In this document: positions 8,169 through 18,979 of the stretch, piece by piece
How the letters are laid out: every line of letters starts with the position of its first letter
Numbering within the stretch: position 1 is the first letter of the stretch
Assembly (NCBI GenBank): GCA_963695555.1
Contig: CAVOGR010000002.1
Span: forward strand, 128,001-192,000
Origin: an uncultured Gemmatimonadales bacterium
GTDB lineage: Bacteria > Gemmatimonadota > Gemmatimonadetes > Gemmatimonadales > GWC2-71-9
DNA: 64,000 nucleotides
Direction of reading: 5' to 3'
Notes under the pieces: generated by a model
What the model saw: only the letters and a program-made list of their open reading frames with translations
Databases searched by the model: none
Told to the model about the DNA's origin: nothing
Made by a program: the position numbers and the translations under genes

Positions 8169-11155
8169 CTAGAAGCCTATCTGAAACCCTATCCGGAGTC
8201 GTCGTGGCGACCCCCTGAACGTATCGGCGCCACGGAACACGTTGTACAATGCGGCCGAGGCGGCTCGCTGTTCGGCAACCTCAAACATCCCGTCCCCATT
8301 GCCGAAACGCTGCTCGGCGCGGATCAGGTAGACGCAGTTTGGCATCGCGGGAGCGCCCCCCTGGTTGACCCAAGAGCCACACATCCCGGCTTGGTTGGGC
8401 TGGCCGGTGCCGAATGTCAGGTCTATCGTGCCGGTCCCAAAGTCCGCCACTCCATTCCGTAGGGCCTCATTGACATACTGTGCACTGTCGCCTCGCCAGG
8501 CGCTCTCGGCCTCCGATGCATTTTCGGTGGTGCCGGTTGTCGCAAACACCCGCTGGATCTCGTCGAGGTTCAACAGGTTTCGTGCGTCGACGTAGGCGGT
8601 AATCGTGGTTCGTCCGAGTGTAAACCCCTTGGTGATCCGGAGATCCAGTTGCTTGAGACTCGGCAGCCGCGAGCCATTGGGCTCGCCGCTGAATTCGCGT
8701 ACGCACACATCACCGGACAAGATCGATTCGTTCCCCGACTCTGGTGGGCAGCGGGTGTAGGCGGTGCCGCTGGCAAAACGGAAGGTGGTGTACACCCCGA
8801 CCTCTTGGAGGATCGTTCCGAGCACTGAGCCTTCCCGCCAGTCTCGTGGGAAGGCCAGGGCGAGCGCACCAGCCACGGTATGCGGCCGAGTCGCCGCTCT
8901 CACTAGGCCCCGGGCGGTTTCCACGTCTTGGTAGGCGTAGCCCACAAATCCGGATAAGACGTCGCCCCACCGGCGGTCGATTCTCAGTTCCACCCCTTTG
9001 ATATCCTCCTTGCCGTCATTGGTAAACAGGCGGACGTCCTGGTCGAGGTTCTTGGCTGGATCGCGAAGGCGAACCAAGCGAGTTGCAGCGAGCGTGTTCC
9101 TGTCTTTGGCGAAGACCGCCACGTCCACTGCCGTCTGATGATCGGGCGTGTACTCGAGCCCGACTTCAGCGAGATCCGTCTTCTCGAATTCGAGGTCAGT
9201 CCCGAAGACGTAGCTGGTAGTCGTGATCGCAAGATCGGTGTTGACACCCGCGAATACGGTCTCGAAATCGGGCGCTTGGGCCCGTCGCGCAGCCGACGCT
9301 CTCAGAGCCACGCGATCGGACACCCGATATCCGAGTTGGAGACTCGGGCTCAGAGCACCGTGTGCTTCGTCGGCCGTGAACCGGGTAAGTGGACGGCCGT
9401 CGGGCGCGGTTCCCTGGTACGTGTTGGTACGCGGGAAGTACACGTACTGATCGAATGTCGGGCTCGTCGGATCGAGGTCGAGAGATACGGCCGCTCAGTG
9501 CGGGAATTGAAGCGATCGAATCGAATGCCGCCCGCGAGCCGGAAGTCCCCCAGCGAGACTTGGTCCTCGGCGAAGACCGCAAAGCGAATGGGCTGCTCGA
9601 TATACACGTCCGAAAAGGCCTGGCTGGTCAGTTGGTGGGAATAATTCGATATCGAGTAACGAGCGAATTCGCCTCCAACCCGAAGCATATGGTGCGCGTT
9701 TGGCCTCCAGCTGGCAGTCAGCTGTCCAACGATGCGGCTTTCCTTGAACAAACGCAGCCATCCTACCGGCCCGCCACTTTCGGAAAACCCGAGGACTCCA
9801 TACGCGTTGTTACGATATCGATCAATCAGTTGGTATTGGTCCCGATTCGCGAGGTCGTAGGGAGACCGCCGGGAGCCAACGATGTTATCGCGGTAATTCT
9901 GGACCAACTGGTCGTCGATCGGGAATTCATCGAAACCGAAGCGGAAATCCAGCGAAGACAGCAAGTAACCGCCGAACGGATCGCGGGAGTCGCGCTCACC
10001 GGCCTGCGACAGCGGTCCCGACAGATAGCGGTCCGCCTGGTAAGACAGGTGTGCCTCCAGCCCGATCGGGATTCGCGACGACTCGGTAGGCGTAAGCGCA
10101 TAGCTCAGCCCGTACACCTGGCTCCGAGCGCTGTTGCCGCCGAGTTGCACGGGGTTGTACAAGTTCAGGTAGTCGAAGTTTCGACTCTGGCCCTGACTGG
10201 CGAGGGCCGTCAGCGCGACTTGGCTGCGAGCGGTAAGGTCAAAGCTCAGTTTGGCGAGTGCTTCATAGCTCGAGCGAGTCGACGCCGGGATACGGACCCC
10301 GGTGCACTCGAAACCGTAATTGTCAGCAATGCCGGGATCGGTGCTGCCGGCGAATGTATCGCAGCTTCCTCGGGCGGCGGCAAAGCGGGTGACGTCAACA
10401 AAGGTGGTGTCGCTGACCGGGTCGCCTGGCGTAGTGGGAACTGCCACCGTCGTGTCGGTGCCGGCCGACACGAAGATGGGAAACGACTCGCTCCCAGGGC
10501 CCGACGGCGCCGACCTCTGACCCTGGAGCACTCCCGCAACGAAGAGCCGGGCGCGCGAACCCAGGGGGCCACCTCCGGCTGCCTGAATGCGATTCAGGCC
10601 GAGGCCGTGATTGACCCCAAGTATCTCATCGGATTCATAGCTCACCGATCCTTCCCAGGCATCGGCGCCGGAGCGCGTGAGCAGCTCGATGACTCCATCC
10701 TGCCCGTTTCCGAAGACGACCGACGCGGCCCCGGTGGTAACCAGTGCGGCGTGGAGCCCATTGACGCCGAGTGCCGCTCCGGAGCCGGACCTCGCTGCCA
10801 GGCTACCTACCAGCGACGTCGAGGCAGCCCGTCGAAATCCGGGCGTGATCGACAGCCCGTCCAGGTAGACTGCCGCGGAGCCCGGTGTACCGCCGCGAAT
10901 CGAGAGGTCGCCATTTTCGAGTCCGACCACGCCGGGCAACAGAATCAGGCCATCTGCGACCCGATCGAGGGGAAGGGCGTCGAGCCACTGCCCCTCTATC
11001 CGCTGAACCGTCGCGCCCTTCGGCGGGGGGAGCGAGTCCGGGGTCGGTACCGACTCCTGGCCTTGCAGAGAGGGAGAGCCGATGCAAAACGCCATGACGA
11101 CAGCAGTCGCCAGAATCTGTACCCTGTGGGACGGGTTCGGCCGCGGGGCGGGCAT
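8169..11155 (-). CDS. TonB-dependent receptor (single frameshift near 9482)
   Basis: Plug motif LSIRGGTPGSAAVYLDG; barrel strands; C-terminal PRRLRIGFQIGF; two ORFs join as ERPYL/LDLDPTSPTFDQYVYFPR. Confidence 0.85.
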
Positions 11156-11374
11156 TGGCAGGCTCCTCGAAGGGAGAACGACCGACCTGTGTGACGTAGG
11201 TCACGCGCGCCGGCTGGGTGGGTGCCCAACTTGCTTCCGGCACTCCCAGTTCGACTTGCAGCCAGGGGCAAACGCCAACCTGGTAGAGGCAAACGATTGG
11301 ACGAGAAGTCATTGGAAGCAATAGGTTCTCAGTCGTTTCACAGTCACTTCACACTCTTTTCAGGGAGAGACGCT

Positions 11375-11935
11375 GTGTCGAAATCGAGTCTCGGCCGCAC
11401 ACTAACGGCGCTGGTGATGGTGCTGGCCCTGGCCGGCACCACGAACCTCGTGGCACAGAGGGCGAAGATCGGGGTCGGGGGCGGGCCCACCATTCCCATG
11501 GGTGATTTCGGGGATGCCTTCAAGACCGGTTGGCACGGACAGGTCAACGTCCTGTTCGATCTCCCGGCCCTGCCGTTCGACATCCGAGTAGACGGTCAGT
11601 ACGGGCAGCACAAGCTCGATGTGGACGGTTCGGATGCCAAGGCCAAGCTCATTACCGGCATGGTCGGCGCCCAGCTTCCGTTGGGTCCTCCGGGATCACC
11701 TGCCAAGCCATACCTCACTGGTGGCGTTGGCATCACCAATTTTGACTTCGACTCAGGCTTGCCAGGTATCAGTGGGAGCTCGAGCGATTTCATGATCGGT
11801 GGCGGCGGCGGAGTCACATTCTCCGTGGGGTCCGTCAGCCTGTTCGTCGAGGCCCGAATCATGAATGCCTTTAGTGAAGGCAGCAGCACGACGTTTCTAC
11901 CGATCACCGGTGGGATCCTGTTCGGCGGGAAGTAG
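11375..11935 (+). CDS. Small outer-membrane beta-barrel protein
   Basis: GGGAG RBS and GTG start; signal peptide; PYLTGGVG, FVEAR, terminal GILF. Confidence 0.8.
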   Translation: MSKSSLGRTLTALVMVLALAGTTNLVAQRAKIGVGGGPTIPMGDFGDAFKTGWHGQVNVLFDLPALPFDIRVDGQYGQHKLDVDGSDAKAKLITGMVGAQLPLGPPGSPAKPYLTGGVGITNFDFDSGLPGISGSSSDFMIGGGGGVTFSVGSVSLFVEARIMNAFSEGSSTTFLPITGGILFGGK

Positions 11936-11954
11936 CCAGTAGGTCCTCCAGTTG

Positions 11955-11992
11955 ACCGCCGTCTCGTCCCAAACGAGGCGGCGGTTTTCTTT
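11955..11992 (+). terminator. Rho-independent terminator
   Basis: ACCGCCGTCTCGT-CCCAA-ACGAGGCGGCGGT followed by TTTCTTT. Confidence 0.85.
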
Positions 11993-12088
11993 CCCCCACA
12001 CTTCATCCACCGGGGTATCCCCAACCCAGGCCACGGGGGGTAGATTTGCCGAAGTGGATGACGCCTTCGCCTGTCTCCCGGACCGCCT

Positions 12089-12991
12089 GTGACTACCGAC
12101 CTGATCATTGATACCGATCCCGGCATCGACGATTGCCTGGCGCTGTTGCTCGCGCTGGCAAGTCCCGAACTCCGCGTCCTCGCCATCGTCACGGTCTACG
12201 GTAACACGACACTCGAGAACGCGACCCGAAATGCGCGGGAGATCGTGCGCCGTGCGGGGCGGACAGTTCCCGTCGTAGCCGGATCTGCGGGGCCGCTCGC
12301 GCGACCATTGGTCACAGCCTCGGAAACCCACGGTGACACGGGATTGGGCTACGCGTCACTTCCCGGCACGGAGTCCGTTGAGCCGGATCCGGAAGCCTTG
12401 CTCAACGCGCTGGCACAGCTCGAGGAACCGGCGACACTGGTAACCTTGGGTCCACTCACCAATCTGGCCGCGGCCATTGCGGCCGATCCCGTCCTGGTGC
12501 GCACCCGTATACGCCGCCACCTTGCGATGGCCGGCAATCTGGCAGCGCGGGGCAATACCACACCCCACGGCGAATTCAACGTGTGGTGCGATCCCGAGGC
12601 GGCCGACCGGGTGCTCCGAGCCCACCTCGGCACCCAGTGGGTGGGACTCGACGTAACCCGCCACCTGACGCTCATGGCGGAAGATGTGGAGCGGCTCAAG
12701 AAGACCGAACGTGACCGCTGGCTCCGCGAGGCCCTTCGATTCTATGTGGAATTCCACCGCGACTTCGAGGGCTTCGACGGCTGCATCATCAACGATCCGT
12801 TGGTGATCGCCCAACTGCTCACCCCGGGAACCGTGAGCTTCGAGGAGGTCGGAGTTCGCATCCACCTTGGCGAGGGCGACGAGCGGGGCCGCGTCGTCGC
12901 CGAGGAGGATGGAACTCCCACGGCATTCGCGACCGGAGCGCGACCGGAACACGCCATCGAGCTGCTCCGGTCGCGCGTATTTAGCCAGTAG
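12089..12991 (+). CDS. Inosine/uridine-preferring nucleoside hydrolase family
   Basis: DTDPGIDD, LGPLTNLA, EFNVWCDPEAA, GLDVT. Confidence 0.92.
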   Translation: MTTDLIIDTDPGIDDCLALLLALASPELRVLAIVTVYGNTTLENATRNAREIVRRAGRTVPVVAGSAGPLARPLVTASETHGDTGLGYASLPGTESVEPDPEALLNALAQLEEPATLVTLGPLTNLAAAIAADPVLVRTRIRRHLAMAGNLAARGNTTPHGEFNVWCDPEAADRVLRAHLGTQWVGLDVTRHLTLMAEDVERLKKTERDRWLREALRFYVEFHRDFEGFDGCIINDPLVIAQLLTPGTVSFEEVGVRIHLGEGDERGRVVAEEDGTPTAFATGARPEHAIELLRSRVFSQ

Positions 12992-13015
12992 TCGAGCAGG
13001 GTCGGGGCGTCGGGC

Positions 13016-15255
13016 CTAGAGCCGCCAGATTTGGGCGACGAGGAACGTCACGACAAAGCCCATCACCAGCGGCAAGACCGTCGCGACGGTGGTCCATTTG
13101 GTGCTGCCGGTTTCCTTATAGATCGTATAGATGGTCGTCGAGCACGGATTGTGGAGCAGGCTGAACAGCATGAGGTTGAGGCCGGTCAGCAGCGTCCACC
13201 CTCCAGCCCGCAGCAGGTCGCCCACCTGAGAGACCGAGTCCAGCTCGAACATGACGCCCGCCCCACGCCCCCACGCCCGCGATCCCGGCCGTGAGCACGG
13301 TCAGCATCAGGACCGTGGGAATCACGATCTCGTTGGCGGGAATGGCCACGACGTAGGCCAGGAGGATCACCCCGTTCAGGCCAATGAGGATTCCGAACGG
13401 ATTCAGCCAGCCCACCATATGCTCGGCAATGCTGGTACCGCCCACGGACACGTTCGAGATCAACCAGATGACCGCGCCGGCCGGCAAGGCAAACATCACC
13501 GCACGCCAGAGCACGATGAGCGTCCGGTCGATCAGCGAGGTATAGAGTGTCTGGAGAATCCGCGGCGGCCGGTAGGGAGGCAGCTCCAGACTGAAAGTCG
13601 TCGCCTCACCCCGGAGCACGGTGCGCGACAGGAGCCACGACGCCACGAACATTGCCATGATTCCGAGGAGCGCGATGCCGACGACCGCGGCGGCCGCGAC
13701 CACGCCGGCGACGTGCGCCGGGGCGAGCGTTCCGATGAAGATCGACGCGATGAGGATCTGGGTGGGCCAGCGGCCGTTGCAGAGCGAGAAGTTGTTGGTA
13801 ATGATCGCGATCAGCCGCTCGCGCGGGCTGTCGATGACTCGGGTTGCCACGACGCCGGCTGCGTTGCAGCCGAACCCCATGCACATGGTGAGCGCCTGCT
13901 TGCCGTGGGCCCCCGCCTTCTGAAAGAGCTTGTCCAGATTGAACGCCACCCGCGGCAGATACCCGAAGTCTTCGAGCAGGGTAAAGAGCGGGAAGAAGAT
14001 GGCCATCGGCGGCAGCATGACGGTGACCACCCACGCGGTGGCGAGATACATGCCGTCGAATAGGAAGCCGCTCAGCCACCACGGCATGCCGATGGCGGCT
14101 CCGAGAGCCTTCAAGGCCGGGTGCACCGTGTCGAGTCAGGAACGTCGCGATCATTTGCGACGGGACGTTGGCCCCCGCAATGGTGACCCAGAAGACGACC
14201 GCGAGAATCAGCAGCATCACCGGGAAGCCCAGCCAACGGCTCGTCAGCAGCCGATCGAGCTGACGATCGAGATCGAACTTCACGCGCCGCAGCCCGGTGA
14301 CGGTCGATCGGGCCGCTATGCCTTGGGCGCTCTCGTAGATCCCCTGCATCAAGGAATCGTGGAACGTGGGGCTGAGCTCCCACCGAAGGGTGGCGGCGGT
14401 GTCCAACAACTCCTGATTGCCTTCCACGAGCGCCACGCCTTGCCCTTTGGCGTCCCATGCCCCGGCGGACTGCACCACGCCCTCACTCAGCGCTCCGATC
14501 TCACCGGACCGAACCGCTGACAGGACTCGCTCGTCGGCATTCAGCAGTCGAAGGGCAACCCACCGCGCATTGGGCAGCTCCGGAAAGGTCCGCGACACGG
14601 CGGGAACCAGCTGTTGCACCGCGCCCTCGACATTCGGAGGAAGTTCCCGGATGCGGAACGGTCGCGGCTCGACCTGCCCGGTTGCCATCTTATCGATCGC
14701 CACCAGCAGTTCAGGGATGCCCTCGCCGCTCCGTGCCGCGGTGGGAACGACCGGAACGCCGAGTTCGTGGGCCAGCTTGGTCACGTCGACACCGATGCCC
14801 TGACGCCGGGCCTCGTCCATCAGATTGAGGCAGACGACCACTCGATCGGTGATCTCGAGCACCTGGATCACCAGGTTGAGGTTGCGCTCGAGACGGGTCG
14901 CATCGACCACGATGACCGTGACGTCGGGACGCCCAAAGAGGAGGAAGTCGCGGGCTACTTCTTCGTCGGTGCTGCCGGCTTGCAGTGAGTAGGTCCCGGG
15001 CAGGTCGATGAGCTTGACCCGCTTCCCTTCATTCGTGAACGTGCCTTCGGCCCGGGCCACGGTCTTGCCGGGCCAGTTCCCGGTGTGCTGCCGGAGCCCG
15101 GTCAGTGCGTTGAACACGGTACTCTTGCCGGTATTCGGGTTGCCGGCCAGGGCAACGAAGTAGTCCCACTTGTCCGGCTGAACGCCGAGCTGCACCAGCG
15201 ACTCGGTGCGATCGGCGGCGCAGCCTCGACACGGCGCCGTACTAGTGATGCCCAT
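13016..15255 (-). CDS. feoB: Ferrous iron transport protein B (frameshifts near 14135 and 13265)
   Basis: [49 protein letters not shown] across three consecutive ORFs. Confidence 0.92.
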
Positions 15256-16291
15256 GGCCCTGCCCGGCGGCAGATGTGGCGGGCTCGATCAGGATCCACT
15301 CCGCTTGGTGACGGCGGAGCGCGATCATCGCGCCGCGGATCCGGTACGCGACGGGGTCCCCAGCTGCGCTCACCAACTCCGCCTCGATTGCGGTGCCCGG
15401 AACCACACCAAGGTCGAGCAAGCGCCGGCGTTGGGCTCCTTGGCAGGCGGGGGCGATCCCCACGACGGTCCCGCTCTCGCCAAGGTCGAGATCCGTCAGG
15501 TTCGGCAGCGGCACCGCCGCCACTTCGAGGGTGGGCTTTGGAAGAACCGTCACATTGGCGGCAACGACCGGGAGAAGTTCGTGCTCCCGTCCGTCCGTCT
15601 TGAACCGCACCCGCGAGGGATCGGCTGTCACCACCTCGACCGACATGCCGGGCGCGAGACCCTCCGCCAGCACACGGTCGTACACTTCGCGTGGCTCGTC
15701 TTCCAGGTGGACGATCGTTGCGGTGAGGCCGGGGTCGAGGGCGCTGAGCGGAATCCCCGGCATGGCGGGGAGCTCCCCCGTTGCGGTGGGGATCGGATCG
15801 CCGTGCGGATCGTACAGTGGCTGGCCCATTCGAGCCGCGAGATTCTCGGTTTGCTCCTCCGAGAGCCGGTGCTCTTTGATCTCCGCGTCGTCGTGCCAGT
15901 CCGCGGCGGCGACGCCGGTGCGGTCGGCCAGGTAGCGTTCCCACAACCGGTGGGTTCGGAGGATCCGGAGCGCGTAGGCCCGACCCTCATCGGTGAGTCG
16001 CAGTCCTTCCGCGGTCGAGTGCGCGAACCCGAGCGCCTCCACCCGGGCCATCACCCGGACCGCTCGGGCCGGTGACACCCCAAGCGTCCCCGCGACACCC
16101 GGGGCATTCCCAGGCTGGCCCGACAGCTCCGCGTTGTAGAGGTGTTTGAGCGCATCCTCGATGCGCACCCGCTCCGTCATCTGCCAAAGTCGGATGACGC
16201 GGGCGGCGAACCCCCATCGCGGCCACACGACGAGGGCCGTGCCCACAACGAGGAGGGCAAAGATCGACAGTGCCAGAACAGGGTTAACCAT
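15242..16291 (-). CDS. DtxR-family protein with N-terminal TM helix and two FeoA domains
   Basis: TM segment; EDALKHLY, LRTHRLWERYL, DPHGDPIP; C-terminal RRRLLDLGVVPG...GDPVAYRIRGAMIALR. Confidence 0.85.
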   Translation of the reverse strand: MVNPVLALSIFALLVVGTALVVWPRWGFAARVIRLWQMTERVRIEDALKHLYNAELSGQPGNAPGVAGTLGVSPARAVRVMARVEALGFAHSTAEGLRLTDEGRAYALRILRTHRLWERYLADRTGVAAADWHDDAEIKEHRLSEEQTENLAARMGQPLYDPHGDPIPTATGELPAMPGIPLSALDPGLTATIVHLEDEPREVYDRVLAEGLAPGMSVEVVTADPSRVRFKTDGREHELLPVVAANVTVLPKPTLEVAAVPLPNLTDLDLGESGTVVGIAPACQGAQRRRLLDLGVVPGTAIEAELVSAAGDPVAYRIRGAMIALRRHQAEWILIEPATSAAGQGHGHH

Positions 16292-16300
16292 CAGACGCTC

Positions 16301-16993
16301 TCATGCACTCACATCCTCGGCCCGACGGCAGAAGACCAGCGCGGCGAGCTCGCGGCCGATGACTTGCTCTCGCCCCCCAACGCGCAGCGTGATTGGGCCG
16401 CCAAAGGGCTGGCAATCCAGGAGCTCGATCCTGCTGCCAAGCTGCAGCCCCGAATCGGCCAGAAAGCGTAACCGCTCGGCGTGATTCGTCATGACCCGGG
16501 ACACTTCCACGACCTGGCCGGGGGCAAGCTCGGCGATCGGAATCGCGTCGACCAGGGCCACCGACCCGTCGGCCTGAGGAATCGGGTCGCCGTGCGGATC
16601 GAACGCCGGGTTTCCCAAGGTCAGTGCCATGCGTTCGATCAGCGAATCGGACACCGCGTGCTCCAGGCGTTCGGCCTCGGGGTGCACGGAGTCCCATGTG
16701 TAGCCCAGCTTTTCAACGAGATACGTTTCGAGAATGCGATGTCGCCGGAGCATGCCGAGTGCAGCACGGCGCCCCTGAGCCGTCAGCTCGACTCCGCGGT
16801 ACGGGGCGTGGTCGAGCAGTCCCTGTTCGGACAGGCGCTTGACCATTTCGCTCACCGACGGAGCCGAGAGGCCGAGGGCGAGCGCAATGTCGCTCGTCGC
16901 CACTGGGCTGGCCTCTTGGGCCAGGCGGTAGATGGCCTTGAGATAGTCTTCCACGGATCGGCTGAGGGCCGGCCTGATCATGAGTTTCGGCAC
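16301..16993 (-). CDS. DtxR/MntR family metal-dependent repressor
   Basis: EDYLKAIY, SVSEMVKRL, RRHRILETYL, EAERLEH, DPHGDPIP, FeoA-like tail. Confidence 0.93.
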   Translation of the reverse strand: MPKLMIRPALSRSVEDYLKAIYRLAQEASPVATSDIALALGLSAPSVSEMVKRLSEQGLLDHAPYRGVELTAQGRRAALGMLRRHRILETYLVEKLGYTWDSVHPEAERLEHAVSDSLIERMALTLGNPAFDPHGDPIPQADGSVALVDAIPIAELAPGQVVEVSRVMTNHAERLRFLADSGLQLGSRIELLDCQPFGGPITLRVGGREQVIGRELAALVFCRRAEDVSA

Positions 16994-17007
16994 TGAACGC
17001 CCCTAAA

Positions 17008-17023
17008 ATTAGGCACGCCTAAT
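17008..17023. promoter_or_regulatory. Putative DtxR/MntR operator palindrome
   Basis: Perfect inverted repeat ATTAGGC-AC-GCCTAAT just upstream of the dtxR start; extra GCCTAAT half-site at 17039-17045. Confidence 0.75.
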
Positions 17024-17381
17024 GTTAGTATACGGACGGCCTAATAGCAACCAGGCTTTCCAAGTGCCCGGCAAAGCTCCGCCCCTTGAGGCACCACCCA
17101 AACCCCCGACGCGAGCGGCGCGCGTGCACGGCCTGGTGTCCGCTCGGGGGGGTGGCTATGCTGGCGTCGAGACTCTGGGTGCCGTAGCAGGGAGATCTAT
17201 GAACGACGGGGCGAGCCGGAGCAGGCATCACGCCACTATGCCGAAGCATTGGAGTACTGGCGCGATGCGGATTCTGAGCTGCATGATACGAGGGAGAAGG
17301 TGTCGGCGCGTGTGACCCGACTCGCGGGTGAGCCGATAGCGCACTGACCTCAGAGCCTGTGTTCCCTTACTGGAGGTGACC

Positions 17382-17798
17382 ATGGCGGTTCGAACACAAA
17401 AGGTCAATTACTCCTACCTGAAGGTCCGGAGCCGAGCCGGCGAGGGCGCCAAGGTCCTGGCCGCGCTCAACGAGGCTGGGGTCAATCTCCTCATGTACTC
17501 CGGATTCCCGATCGGGGGTGGCAAGGCACAGCTCGACCTCGTGACGGATGACATGGGAGCGCTTAGGCGCGTTGCCCGGCGCGAGGGCTGGCAGCTCAGC
17601 AAGAACAAGAAGGCATTCCTCATACAGGGAGATGACACGCACGGCGCGGTGTGCCGCATTGTCGATCGCCTGGCCAAGGCGGACGTCAACATTATCGCGG
17701 CCCAGGCCATCGCCGCCGGCCGCAAGCGGTTCGGGATGATCCTGTGGGTCAATCAGAAGGTGTATGGCAAGGCGGCCAGGGTCTTGAATGCCAAGTAA
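17382..17798 (+). CDS. Tandem ACT-domain-like protein
   Basis: GGAGG RBS; two ACT-like units (SRAGEGAKVLAALNEAGVNL and DTHGAVCRIVDRLAKADVNI). Confidence 0.7.
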   Translation: MAVRTQKVNYSYLKVRSRAGEGAKVLAALNEAGVNLLMYSGFPIGGGKAQLDLVTDDMGALRRVARREGWQLSKNKKAFLIQGDDTHGAVCRIVDRLAKADVNIIAAQAIAAGRKRFGMILWVNQKVYGKAARVLNAK

Positions 17799-17912
17799 GA
17801 AGTCGGAGCCACGCGGTGCCGAACGGGGCGGGCTCGGACGGCGCGCCCCCGTTCTCCCGGCTCCGGCCCGACCGGCTGGTGGCCTCGCTTTCCCGGTGAT
17901 ATAGTTGCCATC

Positions 17913-18749
17913 ATGGAAAACATCCGGGACGATATTTTCGGTGCGACCGACACGGGCAAGATCCGCAATGAGAACGAGGATCAGTTTCTCATCGCGGGCA
18001 TCCACAAGGCCCTGGATATTTCGCAGACCAGCCTACCGGAGCGAGACCGGGCCAGGCTCTTGGGCGGCAAACTCGGCGCTCTCCTGGTGGTGGCCGATGG
18101 TGTCGGTGGTGCCGCGGCCGGCGCGCAGGCAAGCGGCCTGGCGGTCGACGCACTCATCTCGTACATCACCTTCACCATGCCCTGCTTCTTCCATTTTGCG
18201 CAGGACATGGGTGGCGATGTCCTGAGAGAGGTCTCAACGGCATTCCAAAAATCGCACGAGAAAGTACAGGCGGAAGCGTCAGAGGCGACCGGCCAGGAAG
18301 GCATGGCCACCACGTTGACCATGGCCTACGTCCTCTGGCCGCGAGCATTCATTGTCCAGGTCGGCGACAGCAGGTTGTATCTCCAACGGGACGGCTGGCT
18401 GGACCAGATCACCCGGGATCAGACCATGGCGGAGGACTTGGTCGATCAAGGCATCCTCAAGCCCGACATGGTCAAAAAGTCACGCTGGAGCAACGTGCTG
18501 TCCAGCGCCGTCGGGGGCCGCAACCCGATCATCGACCCCGTTCTCTATGACCTCGGCCTCTTGCCCGACGACACGTTGCTCCTGTGCAGCGATGGGCTCA
18601 CCAAGCACGTGAGCGACGAGGAGATGTCGGAGATTCTGACCAACGCACCGTCGGCCGAGGCGGCCTGCCGAACCTTGGTCCAGGCGGCTCTCGACGGCGG
18701 TGGGACCGACAACGTCACCGTCGTCGTCGCCCGGTTTCCGCAGCAGTAA
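17913..18749 (+). CDS. PP2C-family Ser/Thr protein phosphatase
   Basis: RNENED, VADGVGG, VGDSRLY, LLCSDGL, GGTDNVT. Confidence 0.93.
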   Translation: MENIRDDIFGATDTGKIRNENEDQFLIAGIHKALDISQTSLPERDRARLLGGKLGALLVVADGVGGAAAGAQASGLAVDALISYITFTMPCFFHFAQDMGGDVLREVSTAFQKSHEKVQAEASEATGQEGMATTLTMAYVLWPRAFIVQVGDSRLYLQRDGWLDQITRDQTMAEDLVDQGILKPDMVKKSRWSNVLSSAVGGRNPIIDPVLYDLGLLPDDTLLLCSDGLTKHVSDEEMSEILTNAPSAEAACRTLVQAALDGGGTDNVTVVVARFPQQ

Positions 18750-18979
18750 GTTCAGGAGCACGCACCCCCAATTCCGACGAAATGGCTAGTGTTTGTTGAG
18801 TCATCTCCACGCTTCCTCGCTTAGCTGGCCGGATTCAGTCCGCCATCTGACGGCGAGATCGAGTATTTTGTGTTCGGTCGGTTGGCACACGGCTGCGCTG
18901 ACTCGACTCCGCAGCTCTATCCGCTCGTGATGGGCTAGCCGAACACGTGGCGACCTTGGATCACAACAGGACATCTCTC

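Noticed and set aside
9389..11194. Long antisense ORFs (also 2201-3280, 31235-32854, 33825-35219, 35693-36775, 42649-44133)
   Set aside because: Shadow frames of well-supported genes in high-GC DNA, with no motifs
11992..12023. Degenerate DnaA-box-like words (TCATCCACC, GTATCCCCA)
   Set aside because: Two or more mismatches each, no AT-rich unwinding element and no origin-type gene context
18883..18897. Sigma54 promoter before gdhA (TGGCACACGGCTGC)
   Set aside because: GG-to-GC spacing is one base short of the strict requirement
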